Positions 17,898 to 28,000 of a stretch of 64,000 nucleotides of DNA are shown here, in pieces. The DNA is from Bacteroidota bacterium. GTDB taxonomy: Bacteria; Bacteroidota; Bacteroidia; Bacteroidales; UBA6013. Position numbers and translations under genes: made by a program. The notes under the pieces were generated by a model. The model worked only from the letters and a program-made list of their open reading frames with translations. It was not told where the DNA came from and did no database searches. Each line of letters opens with the position of its first letter. Position 1 is the first letter of the stretch. The stretch spans positions 3,552 to 67,551 of the forward strand of contig JAIFMG010000047.1 in assembly GCA_020048645.1 (NCBI GenBank), read 5' to 3'.

Positions 17898-20800
17898 TTA
17901 GTCGATGTTGCGCTGCTGGTTCTCCACGGCCACCTCGACATGCTCTCGGTCGAGCCGTTTTCCGGTCCAGAACCAGATGGCGTACATCTTCAGGTCGTTG
18001 GCCACCAGGATGAGGGCCGGGAAGAAGAGCAGGATGAAGACGGTTCCCACGAGCACCCCGTAGGCCAGGGAAATGGCCATGGGGATCAGGAACTGCGCCT
18101 GCACGCTCTTCTCGAGGATCAGCGGGTAGAGCCCCAGGGTGGTGGTGATGGTGGTCAGCAGGATGGCCCGCAGGCGGGATGTCCCGGCCTCGTGCGCGGC
18201 CTCCTGCACGCGCTTGCCCTCCTCGAGCAGCGAGTTGTACTTCGAGAGGAAGACCACGGCGTCGTTGATGACGACCCCCGAGAGGGCTATCATGCCCCAG
18301 GCGCTGAGGGTGGAGACGGGGAATCCCTCGATGCCGTGCCCCCACAGGGCGCCCAGCCAGCCCAGGGGGATCATGAAGAGCACCAGCACGGCCTGAAGGC
18401 CCGACTTGAAGTGGATCATCAGGATCAGGGCGATGACGGCCAGGGCCAGGCCGAAGTACTTCTTCATCTCGGCGGTGTTCTCGGCGTTGCGCTTGGCCTG
18501 CCCCTGCGCCTCGACCAGGACCCCGGGGAAACGGGCGTTGAGCTGGGGGATGATTTCCTGGTCGATGCGCGCCAGGATGGGCGGGACGGGGTCGGCGGGG
18601 TTCTTCAGGTCGGCCTCCACGCGCACCTCCTTCTGGCCGTTGAAGCGCTTGATGTTGACGTAGCCGCGGGCGATCTGGTAGTCGGCCAGCTCCGAGAGGG
18701 GGTACTCGCCCAGTGCGGTCTTGATCTTCATCTGCTCGAGCTGCCCGAGGTTGAGGCGGTCCATCTCAGGGTAGCGGACCCAGACGCGGAGCTCGTCGCG
18801 GCCCATCTGGAGGCGCTGCGCCTGGCCTCCGAAGAAGCCCTGGCGCACCTGGTTGCTGATGGCGGCGTGGTTGAGGCCCAGGAAGTAGGCCTGGGGCTTC
18901 AGCTCGAGCTGCACCTCGAGCTTGCCCTCGGCGTTGTTGTCGTTGATGTTGTCGAGCTCGGCGAGCTTGGCCAGCTCCTCCTTGAAGAAGGCCTTGGCCA
19001 GCTCCAGCTCGTGGCCGTCCTTGCCCAGCAGGCTGTACGAGACGGGGCTTCCCCAGCGGTTTCCGCCGCCGACGGTGAACTTGTCGGCCTCGGGCACCGG
19101 GCCGATCTTCTCTCGCACGCGGGTAGAGACGTCCGTGGCGGCGATGGCGGCTCCCTCCATGTTGCGGAGGATGACCTCGATGCTGCCGGCGTGCCCGCCT
19201 GCCTCCTGCCCGCTGAAGGCGGAGCCCATGGTCGCGAAGGTGTACTTCACGTAGGGGACCGTGTCGCCGTGCTCGGCCATGAGCTCGTCGTTGGCCTCCC
19301 AGACGGCCTTCTCGAAGCGGACCAGGAACTCCTTGGTGCGGGCCTCGCCCGCCCCGGGCGTGAAGGCCAGGTTGATGCTGAAGGTGTCGAACTGGACGAA
19401 GGGGAAGAAGGTCGCCTGGATGAAGCCGCCGCGCACCAGGCCCACCGTCAGCAGGATCAGGGCCACGGGTAGGGTCGCCATGACCCACTTGTGCCGGATG
19501 ATCACGAGCAGCAGCCGCCCGTAGAGCTTGTCGCGCAGGTAGTCGATGGCGTCGTCCAGGCGGTCGCGCAGCGTCTTGGTCTGGCCCTTCTCGCTCTCCT
19601 TGAGCACATTCGAGTTGGCCAGGTGCGCCGGCAGCACGAAGAAGGCCTCCAGCAGCGAGAAGGCCAGGCTGAAGACCACCACGAAGGCCATCTCGTACAT
19701 GAACTCGAGTGAGCCCTCAATCAGGAAGAGAGGCAGGAAGGCCACGATGGTCGTGGTCACGGACGTGATCACCGACGGCAGAACCTCCATGGTGCCGTCC
19801 ACGGCGGCCCGCGCCGGGCTCTTGCCCATCTTGAAGTGCGTGAAGACGTTCTCCCCGATCACGATGCCGTCGTCCACCAGGATGCCGACCACCAGGATCA
19901 TCCCGAAGAGCGAGATCATGTTGATGGTGACGCCCGAGAGCGCGGCCACGATGAACATGGCCAGGAAGGCCGAGGGGATGCCCCAGGCCACCCAGAACGA
20001 GAGCCGGATGCTCAGGAACAGCGACAAGGCCAGGACCACGAGCACCAGCCCTTGGATGCCGTTGGTTATCAGCAGGTCGAACCGCGAGTTGAGCAGCTCC
20101 AGCCGGTCGAAGGTTACTACCAGGCTGACGTCCTGGTGCTGGGCGTTGAAGTTGGCCGCGTACTGGTTGCAGTAGTCGGATATGGCCTCCAGGTCCTCCT
20201 CGGTCAGGCGGTCGATGCGGAAATAGACGGCCTGCTTGCCGTTGATCAGCGACTCGGAGGCCACGTCGGCGAAGGCCAGCCGCACCTGGGCCACGTCGCG
20301 CACGCGCAGGAAGCTGCCGTCGGGGTTGGCCCGCAAGACGATTTCCGCTATCTTGTTGGGATCCACGCTGCGCGCCCGCGAGCGGATGAGGACCTCCTGC
20401 TCGTCGGACTTGATCTGCCCTCCGGAAACGTCGCTGTTGTTCAGGGCGATGGCCGCGGAGACCTGGTCGATGGTCAGGCCGTAGCGGCGCAGGTCCTCCT
20501 CGCTGACCTCGACCGAGAGCTCCAGGGCCGGGTAGCCCGAGAGGGCTATCTGCGACATGACGCCCGAGCGCAGGAACTCGTCCTCGATGTCCTCGGCCAT
20601 GGCCTTGAGCGTCAGCAGGTCGGCCTCGCCGTAGAGGGCCATCTGCATGGCCGGCGAGAAGGGGCGCTGCTTGAAGATGACCGGCGGCTCGGCGTCCACG
20701 GGGAAGCCCGAGATGCCGTCCACGGCGTTCTTGACCTCGGTGAGCATCTCGTCGAGGTCGTACTGCCCGGTGGACTCGATGGTCACGGAGGCGAAGTTCT

Positions 20801-21059
20801 CGGACGAGGTGGAAGTGATTTCCTTGATGCCGACGATGCCCCGCACGGACTCCTCGATGCGGGTGGTCACGCCCTCCTCCATCTCCTTGGGCGATGCCCC
20901 GGGGTAGGCCACCTGGATGCTGATGATCTTGGCCTCGGTCTCGGGGAAGAAGGACTTCTTCATGTTCAGGTAGCTGATCGACCCGAAGACCATGAGCACC
21001 ACCACGATGATGTTGGCGTAGAAGGGATACTTGACGAAGGCTTTGATCAGATTTTCCAT
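17898..21059 (-). CDS. RND efflux transporter permease (AcrB/AcrD/AcrF family)
   Basis: 1053 aa. The N-terminus is MENLIKAFVKYPFYANIIVVVLMVFGSISY. It has a 12-TM layout with two large periplasmic loops, and VGILVDDGIVIGENV in TM4. Confidence 0.9.
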   Translation of the reverse strand: MENLIKAFVKYPFYANIIVVVLMVFGSISYLNMKKSFFPETEAKIISIQVAYPGASPKEMEEGVTTRIEESVRGIVGIKEITSTSSENFASVTIESTGQYDLDEMLTEVKNAVDGISGFPVDAEPPVIFKQRPFSPAMQMALYGEADLLTLKAMAEDIEDEFLRSGVMSQIALSGYPALELSVEVSEEDLRRYGLTIDQVSAAIALNNSDVSGGQIKSDEQEVLIRSRARSVDPNKIAEIVLRANPDGSFLRVRDVAQVRLAFADVASESLINGKQAVYFRIDRLTEEDLEAISDYCNQYAANFNAQHQDVSLVVTFDRLELLNSRFDLLITNGIQGLVLVVLALSLFLSIRLSFWVAWGIPSAFLAMFIVAALSGVTINMISLFGMILVVGILVDDGIVIGENVFTHFKMGKSPARAAVDGTMEVLPSVITSVTTTIVAFLPLFLIEGSLEFMYEMAFVVVFSLAFSLLEAFFVLPAHLANSNVLKESEKGQTKTLRDRLDDAIDYLRDKLYGRLLLVIIRHKWVMATLPVALILLTVGLVRGGFIQATFFPFVQFDTFSINLAFTPGAGEARTKEFLVRFEKAVWEANDELMAEHGDTVPYVKYTFATMGSAFSGQEAGGHAGSIEVILRNMEGAAIAATDVSTRVREKIGPVPEADKFTVGGGNRWGSPVSYSLLGKDGHELELAKAFFKEELAKLAELDNINDNNAEGKLEVQLELKPQAYFLGLNHAAISNQVRQGFFGGQAQRLQMGRDELRVWVRYPEMDRLNLGQLEQMKIKTALGEYPLSELADYQIARGYVNIKRFNGQKEVRVEADLKNPADPVPPILARIDQEIIPQLNARFPGVLVEAQGQAKRNAENTAEMKKYFGLALAVIALILMIHFKSGLQAVLVLFMIPLGWLGALWGHGIEGFPVSTLSAWGMIALSGVVINDAVVFLSKYNSLLEEGKRVQEAAHEAGTSRLRAILLTTITTTLGLYPLILEKSVQAQFLIPMAISLAYGVLVGTVFILLFFPALILVANDLKMYAIWFWTGKRLDREHVEVAVENQQRNID

Positions 21060-21101
21060 GCTGGGAACCGGTGTTGTGTGGGGAGGTGGGGGCGGGCGGG
21101 C

Positions 21102-22232
21102 TTAGGCCTCGGGCTCGAGGGTCTGGACGGGGTCGTTCTCGCGGGCGTTGGCCAGGGGCTCCACCACCAGCTCGGCTCCCTGGGGCAGCCCGTCGAAGAT
21201 GAGGGTCTCGTCGTTGTACTTCAGGACGCGTATCTCGCGCTTGGCGAGCCTTCCGTCCTGCACGATGAAGACCTGGTTCTGGTTGAAGACGGCGTTGCGG
21301 GGCATCTCCATGGCCTGCTCCCAGCTTCCGCCGGGGAAGGTGGCCGTGAGGAACTGGCCGTTGTAGAGCGGGTGCCCGGGGTCCTGGTTGACGCCCACGA
21401 ACACGGCCACCGACTGGGTGTTGGGGTCGATGAAGTCCGACTTGCGGGACACGGTGCCGCCCCACTGGTGCGAGCCGGCCTTGTCCGTGACGGTGACGGC
21501 GTCGCCCAGGCGTATCCAGGTGGCGTTGGTGGCGTCCACGGGCACCTCCAGCTCGAGGCGGTCGGTGCTGATGATGCGGGCCAGGCGGGCGCCCGGGTTG
21601 GCCACGGAGCCCACCTCCATGACCACATCGGCGTAGGTGCCGTTGAAGGGGGCGTGGAGGAAGTACTTGAGCTGCCGGAGCTCCTCGCTCTTGATGGCGT
21701 AGAAATCGGCCAGGATGTTGCGGCTGGCCAGGTAGATCTTCTCCTGGTCGGAGCGGGGCTGGGGCATGTCGGGCATGGGCTTGTCGAGGTCGATGGCGTT
21801 GAAGAACGCGAGCCAGGCCGGGTAGCTGGCCGGATGGTCGATCTTGAAGTCGGGCAGCAGGTTGGCGATCGAGTTGAGGAAGCGGCTCTTGAGGCCCTTG
21901 AGGGCCAGGACGGCCTCGTCGTTGAGGATGCGCAGGAGCAGTTGTCCCTCGCGGAAGCTCTGTCCCTTCTTCAGGGGCACGCTGCCGGCCAGGATCTTGC
22001 CCTGGACCTCGGCCATGAGGTCCAGGTCGCGCTGCGAGTTGAGGCGCCCGGAGGCGGTTATCCCGGCCCGGATGTCGGCGTAGCGGACGCTCTGGGTCCG
22101 CACGAAGCGGGCCTCCTGCTGCCGGTTGGGCGCGGCCGGGGCCTCGGCCTGCGCGGCGAGCATGCGCATGCCCAGGAAGCCCAGGGCCATGATGGCGAAC
22201 ATGGAGGTCAGGATGGCGATCTTGCGTTTCAT
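21102..22232 (-). CDS. RND efflux periplasmic adaptor (membrane fusion protein, HlyD family)
   Basis: 376 aa with a single N-terminal TM (IAILTSMFAIMALGFLGM), followed by lipoyl/beta-barrel-like segments. It sits directly upstream of the RND pump. Confidence 0.85.
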   Translation of the reverse strand: MKRKIAILTSMFAIMALGFLGMRMLAAQAEAPAAPNRQQEARFVRTQSVRYADIRAGITASGRLNSQRDLDLMAEVQGKILAGSVPLKKGQSFREGQLLLRILNDEAVLALKGLKSRFLNSIANLLPDFKIDHPASYPAWLAFFNAIDLDKPMPDMPQPRSDQEKIYLASRNILADFYAIKSEELRQLKYFLHAPFNGTYADVVMEVGSVANPGARLARIISTDRLELEVPVDATNATWIRLGDAVTVTDKAGSHQWGGTVSRKSDFIDPNTQSVAVFVGVNQDPGHPLYNGQFLTATFPGGSWEQAMEMPRNAVFNQNQVFIVQDGRLAKREIRVLKYNDETLIFDGLPQGAELVVEPLANARENDPVQTLEPEA

Positions 22233-22301
22233 TTTCGTTGTCGGTCTTATGGGTCCTTTTGTCGTTCGGGTCGTTCTGTCGCGGGGGGGGGCGGGCGGGC
22301 C

Positions 22302-22757
22302 TCAGAGGCATCCCGTGCCTTCGAAGTCGGGGCTGGTGTTGGCGGCGATCTTGTCGAGCACGCGCAGGGCCAGGGCCAGCTCGTCGGGCGGGATGCCGCG
22401 GGTGGCGCCGCTGAGGGTCTGCTCGATGACCAGGGCCAGCTCGGCCTGGCGGTCGCGGCCGGCGGGGGTGAGCACCACGCGCTTGTTGCGCCGGTCCCTG
22501 GGGTCTCCCTCGCGCCGCACCAGGGCGTCCCGCTCGAGCTTGTCGAGCAGGTTGGTGATGCTGGCCTTGTTCAGGAAGATCTTGTGGGCGAGCTCCTGCT
22601 GGTTCATGCCGTCGGAGTGGGTCAGGGCGAAGAGCACCAGGAGCTGCTCCTTGGTGGTGGGGTAGCCCTTCTCGGCGAACCCCCGGTCTAAGGCGTTGCC
22701 CAGCACGCGGGCCGTCCGGCCGATGACGCGTCCGACTTTGCTCAGGTCCATTTCCAT
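22302..22757 (-). CDS. MarR family transcriptional regulator
   Basis: 151 aa starting at MEMDLSK. The winged-helix core reads QLLVLFALTHSDGMNQQELAHKIFLNKASITNLLDKLERDALVRREGDPRDRRNKRVVLTPAG. An alternative upstream ATG at 22820 would overlap the AT-rich palindrome, so it is less likely. Confidence 0.85.
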   Translation of the reverse strand: MEMDLSKVGRVIGRTARVLGNALDRGFAEKGYPTTKEQLLVLFALTHSDGMNQQELAHKIFLNKASITNLLDKLERDALVRREGDPRDRRNKRVVLTPAGRDRQAELALVIEQTLSGATRGIPPDELALALRVLDKIAANTSPDFEGTGCL

Positions 22758-22778
22758 CTCCAGGCTCCGTCCGATTAA

Positions 22779-22792
22779 GTTTGAATTCAAAC
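22779..22792. promoter_or_regulatory. Perfect 14-bp palindrome, candidate MarR operator
   Basis: GTTTGAATTCAAAC lies 22 nt upstream of the marR start, inside a locally AT-rich stretch (22770-22815). Confidence 0.5.
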
Positions 22793-23524
22793 GGTCGCGA
22801 ATTAAATCAATTCGTGCCATATGCCAAAGATGTTCTAAAGCATCGACCGGAAAAAGGCTCGGGCGCCATTGCGCGGGCCTGGCGCCGCCGGGGCCGCAGG
22901 GGAGGCCCTGGCAAAAGTTTTTCGGCATGGGCGATTGGCCTGGCGGTCCGCGCGCGCCCGTGCCAGCCATTGCCTGGGTGCCGCGCGATTTTGCCCAGCG
23001 ACGGGCAGGCGACAGGGCAGGCCCCGCGGTGCCGGGCCGGGCGCGGCGGAGACCGGGAAAGTCGTCGGCCGACGGGCCCGCGCCCGGGCGTGGTGTCCAT
23101 CGCGTTGGAAAACAAGCGAATGCCCAATTCTTTCCATCAGGGGAAAGCCCCCGCGCGGCTTGCCGGGTGGCCAAGGCGAATGCCGGGCTCCCGGCTCCGG
23201 TGGCCGCCCCCAAAAGGCGGGGAGCGCTGGCGGGCTCCCCATCCTGGCCAGGGCAAGGCTGGAGGCCCTCCGGGGCCATGCCGAAAGACTTTCCGGTCGA
23301 GGCCGCCGGGGCCTCGCGCGTAGTTTCAGGGTAGGAGGGGCCCCGCTCCGGGCTGCGATTATTTGCCTATATTTAAGCGCCAAAACGGCGACAAGGGAAT
23401 GCGGAAAAACATTTCCGGGTTTGGCAAGGTCGAAATTAGAAGGGATCTTGTGGCCTCGAAAGCGAGCGCGGGCGGCCCTGCGCGCGGCTGGCCTCAAGAA
23501 CACCCGAACAAAGCACCCTTCGGC

Positions 23525-24955
23525 ATGGCATTCAAAGACAAACTGCGCGTTTTCCAATCCCGGCTACTGAACATCGTCTTCTGGTCCGTGGTGTCGGCCG
23601 CCTTCATCGGGCCGGGCACCATCACCACGGCCACGAAGGCAGGCGCCGCCTATGGTTTCGACCTGCTGTGGGCGATAGCCTTCTCGACCTTCGCGTGCCT
23701 GCTGCTGCAGGAGGCCAGCGCGCGCATCACGATCTACTCGGGCCGCGACCTGGGCCAGGCCATCGCCAAGCAGTTCGAGGGCAAGCCCTCGGGCGTGGTG
23801 GTGCTGGTGCTGGTGATCGGGGCCATCATCCTGGGCTCGGCGGCCTACGAGGCGGGCAACGTCCTGGGCTCGGTGGAGGGCCTGAAGATGCTCTTCCCTT
23901 CGGTGCCGTCATGGCTGCTGGTGAGCGCCACGGGCCTGCTGGCCTTCCTGGCCCTGAGCCTCCGCTCGCTGGCGGCGATCTCGAAGTTCATGGGCCTGCT
24001 CGTGATGCTGATGGGGATTGCCTTCTTCTTCGCCATCTTCAGCGTGGACCTGGACTGGCCCAGGCTGCTGGAGGGCATGGTGGTGCCCCGGATACCCGAG
24101 TTTTCGCCCCTGACGGGCGACCCGGGCGCGGGCCTGCTGATCCTGGCGCTGATCGGCACCACGGTGGTCCCCTACGACATCTTCCTGGGCTCTGGGGTGC
24201 TAGAGAAGAAGCAGACCATCAAGGAGATGCGCTTCGGCCTGAGCATCGCCATCGTGCTGGGCGGGATCATCTCGATGGCGGTGCTGGTGGTGGGCACGCT
24301 GGTGGACGCCGAGGTGGTCCGGAAGGTGTCCGGCCAGGAGCAGGTGACCGAGGCGGTGCTCTCGGAGCACCTGTACGAATCGCTGACGCTGACCCTGAAC
24401 GACAGGCTGGGCATCGCCGGGGTGGCGGTGCTGGGCTTCGGGATGTTCGCGGCGGGCTTCTCGTCGGCCATCACGGCGCCGCTGGCCTCGGCCCTGACGG
24501 CCAAGAGCCTGTTCGAGAACCGCAACCGCGACCGCTGGGACACCCGGTCGCGCAACTACAAGCTCATCTGGGGAGGGGTGCTTTCCTTCGGGCTGGCCTT
24601 CGGCTTCGCGGGGGTCCAGCCCGTCCCTGCGATCATCTTCGCGCAGGCGCTCAACGGGCTGATACTCCCGTTCATCAGCATCTTCCTGATCTTCGTGATC
24701 AACGACATATCCATCATGGGCAAGGAGGGCATCAACGGCTGGTCCTCGAACATCCTGATGGCGGTGGTGGTCTGCGTGAGCCTCATCATGGGGCTGATCA
24801 AGGTGCGCGACGCCGTGGCGGAGGTCTGGGAAATCGTGATCGAGAAGGGCTGGATGAGCCTGGAGATGATCGCCATGACGGCCCTGCTGATCAGCCTGGC
24901 CATCCTGACGCGCATCTACGTGGTGCGCAGCCGGAAGCTCAAGAACCTGAAATGA
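23525..24955 (+). CDS. Nramp-family divalent metal cation transporter
   Basis: 476 aa starting at MAFKDKLRVF. FIGPGTITTATKAGAAYGFDLLWAIAFSTFACLLLQEASARITIYSGRDLGQAI matches the Nramp TM1-TM2 region, and there are about 11 TM helices. In-frame upstream starts (23363, 23399) are possible but poorly coding-like. Confidence 0.8.
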   Translation: MAFKDKLRVFQSRLLNIVFWSVVSAAFIGPGTITTATKAGAAYGFDLLWAIAFSTFACLLLQEASARITIYSGRDLGQAIAKQFEGKPSGVVVLVLVIGAIILGSAAYEAGNVLGSVEGLKMLFPSVPSWLLVSATGLLAFLALSLRSLAAISKFMGLLVMLMGIAFFFAIFSVDLDWPRLLEGMVVPRIPEFSPLTGDPGAGLLILALIGTTVVPYDIFLGSGVLEKKQTIKEMRFGLSIAIVLGGIISMAVLVVGTLVDAEVVRKVSGQEQVTEAVLSEHLYESLTLTLNDRLGIAGVAVLGFGMFAAGFSSAITAPLASALTAKSLFENRNRDRWDTRSRNYKLIWGGVLSFGLAFGFAGVQPVPAIIFAQALNGLILPFISIFLIFVINDISIMGKEGINGWSSNILMAVVVCVSLIMGLIKVRDAVAEVWEIVIEKGWMSLEMIAMTALLISLAILTRIYVVRSRKLKNLK

Positions 24956-25067
24956 ACCGCACCAACGCGCAAAATTGGCCCCGCTGGAAAATGGAGAGCT
25001 TTTTTTTCGTTAATTTGAAGGCTTGCGCGGAAGCGCGGCACCTCAACAACATAAGCAGACGCGCCCA

Positions 25068-28000
25068 ATGGCAACGCTCGAGATGAAACCGTTTTTGCTG
25101 AAAACCTTTAATCTCAAACCTGAGGAAGGCTTGAAGTTCACGCTGTTGTTCTTCCACTCCTTCTTCCTGGGCCTGTTCATCGCGTTCTATTTCGTGACGG
25201 CCAACGCGGTCTTCATCGACCACTACGACAGCAAGATGGTCCCCGTGGCCTACCTGGTGGCGGGCATCTCGGGCTACCTGATGACCTCGATCTACTCCTA
25301 CATGCAGAAGCGGGTCAACAGCCTGGTGCTCTTCCTGACGGCCCTCTCGTTCATGCTGGTCATCCCGCTGGCCGGCCGGCTGGGCCTGAACTTCTTCGAC
25401 GAGCAGCGCCTGAGCTTCTTCGTGTTCATCTGGGGCTGGCCCTTCATCTCGCTGGTGGGCATCGAGTCGGGCGGCCTGGCCCTGCGCTTCTTCAACCTCC
25501 GGCAGGTCAAGCGCCTGTTCGGCCTGGTGAACATGGGCGGGGTCATCGCCTCCATCATCGGCTACCTGGTCATCCCCGTGCTGCTGCGCCACCTGGGCCA
25601 CGCCTACGACCTGCTCTACTTCGGGGCCGTCAGCGTGCTGGTCAGCGTGGTGATGCTGCTGCTCATCTACAAGAACTTCTCGACCGAGACCACCCAGATG
25701 ACCTCCCTCCAGAAGCCCAAGGACAGCGAGAAGAAGGGCTTCCTCAAGCTCTCGCACGACCGCTACTACGCGCTGATCTTCTTGTCGGCCTGCTTCTCCA
25801 TGACGGTCATCTACATCATGGACTTCGGCTTCCTGGCCACCACCAAGTCGCAGATCAGCGACCCGGCCAAGCTCTCCTACTTCCTGTCCATCGTCTTCGC
25901 GGCCCTGAAGATCGGCGAGCTGATCCTCTCGTACTTCTCGGGCCGCATCCTGAGCAACCGCGGGGTGAAGCTGGGCCTGACCATCCTGCCCGTCACCCTG
26001 AGCCTGCTGCTGGTGGGGGCCCTGGCCTCCGAGCTGGTCTCGTCGGTGGCCAGCGTCGGCTTCTTCGCCTTCATGGTGCTGGGCAAGTCCCTCGAGCGCA
26101 TCATCCGCCGGGCCCTGGACGACCCCGCCTTCAACATCCTCTACCAGCTCCTGCCCGACGACGAGAAGCTCTCGGTGCAGACCCGCGTGGGCGTCATCAT
26201 GCAGCTCTCCATCAGCATCGCCGGAGGGGTGCTCTGGCTCTTCACCGAGATCTTCAAGACCCCCGACCAGGGCTTCGACCTCTACTACTTCCCCTTCATC
26301 TTCCTGCCCATCCTCCTGGCCTGGAGCTTCATCGCCTTCAAGCTCTACAAGCGCTACAAGCTCAAGCTCCGCGACATCCTCGAGGAGCGCAACCGCAAGA
26401 AGGCCAAGCAGGTACACCGGGACATCTACGGCAGCGACGTGCTCAGCAACGAGCTCAAGACCGAGCGCGACATCGAGTCGCTCCGGCTGGCCGTCACCAT
26501 CCTCTCCGAGACCAACCCCCGCAACATCGAGCCCCACGCCGCCCACCTGCTGCGCCTGAACGACTCCACCATCCGCAAGGCCATCCTGAGCAACATCAAC
26601 CCCTCCTGGACCCTCGACGTCAAGGCGCCCATCCAGGAGATCCTCGCCAGGCCCGACCAGGCCGACGAGGAGACCCTCGAGCTGGCCCAGCTCGCCCTGT
26701 GCAGCTTCGACTACGCCGACATCGAGGCCCACCAGCCCGAGCAGATCCTGGCCATGGTCGATTCCAACTCCATCCGCGACCGCATCACCGTGGTCAAGTA
26801 CCTCTTCTACAAGGAGCTGCCCGACGACGAGCGCGTCATCTTCCGCCTGCTCGAGGACCCCGACAAGACCATCCGGCAGGCGGCCATCCGCCTGGCCGGC
26901 AAGGCCCGCACCCCGGCCCTGACCCGGCACCTGGTCCACCTGATCGAGACCCCCGAGTTCCACCACATCACCGGGAGCACCCTGGTCGAGCTCGGCGAGG
27001 AGGTGCTGCCCGAGCTCAACGGCCTGGTCAGGCCCGCGCAGGACGCCATCGTCATCAAGAAGGTCATCGAGATAGGCGCCCGCATCGGCACCCTGGCCGC
27101 CAAGGAGATGCTCCTGGCCCTGGTCAACTACCCCGACAAGGAGGTCCAGCGCGCCGTCATCCAGGGCCTGTACTTCTGCCATTTCCAGGTCACCGAGGAG
27201 CAGGCCCCCGTGGTCAAGAAGAAGATACAGGAGGTCGTCGGCAACATCCTCTGGGCCTACGTCACCATCAGCGACATCGAGGCCGAGAAGAACACCCTCA
27301 AGCTCGTCCAGGCCATCGACCTCGAGCGCGAGAACGAGTTCGAGCTGCTCTTCACCCTGCTCAGCTTCGTCTATCAGCCCGCCACCATCGAGCTCATCAA
27401 GACCAACATCATCGGCGAGAACATCATCTTCGCCCTGGAGATCATCGACAACTTCATCGCCCAGGACGTCAAGCAGCTCATCATCCCCATCATCGACAAG
27501 GTCTCGGTCAACCAGCGCGCCAAGAAGCTCAAGGCCTACTTCAACTTCGAGCGGATGCGGCTGGCCGAGCGCCTCAAGGACATCATCCTCGAGGACTACT
27601 CCCGGGTGGACATGTGGTCCAAGAACAAGGCCATCGAGCTGCTGGCCAAGCTCTTCAAGGGCAAGAAGTCCCAGGAAATCAAGGCCAAGGAGGAGGACAC
27701 CTACCGAGACGTCCCGATCTGGACCAAGGAGGAGGCCGCCGACGTGCTCTCCAAGATCCGCCGGAGCGAGATCCCCGACGAGATCTTCCTCTGCCTGCAC
27801 CACGCCGACGAGCTGGTGTACAGCACCGCCGCCAAGATCATCTACGACGAGCACCCCGTGACCTGCGTCAACCACCTCAAGAAGCTCTCGCCGGTCAAGC
27901 AGGAGATGATCGAGATCCTCGAGAACTCCATGTCCGACCTGCTGCTCGAGCGGGTCAAGCTGCTCAAGCGCATCCCCCTGTTCTTCCGCCTGCCCGAGAA

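Noticed and set aside
19717-22691. 864-aa (minus) and 951-aa (plus) ORFs spanning the RND and adaptor genes
   Set aside because: They are out of frame with or antisense to the well-supported AcrB-like and HlyD-like genes, and the amino-acid composition is nonsensical. The same verdict applies to 16436..17842, 16564..17901 and 17886..19472.
23340-23524. Manganese (yybP-ykoY) riboswitch upstream of the Nramp gene
   Set aside because: The conserved GGGGAGTAG-type and paired L3 motifs were not found by eye, so it remains only an item to test with a covariance model.
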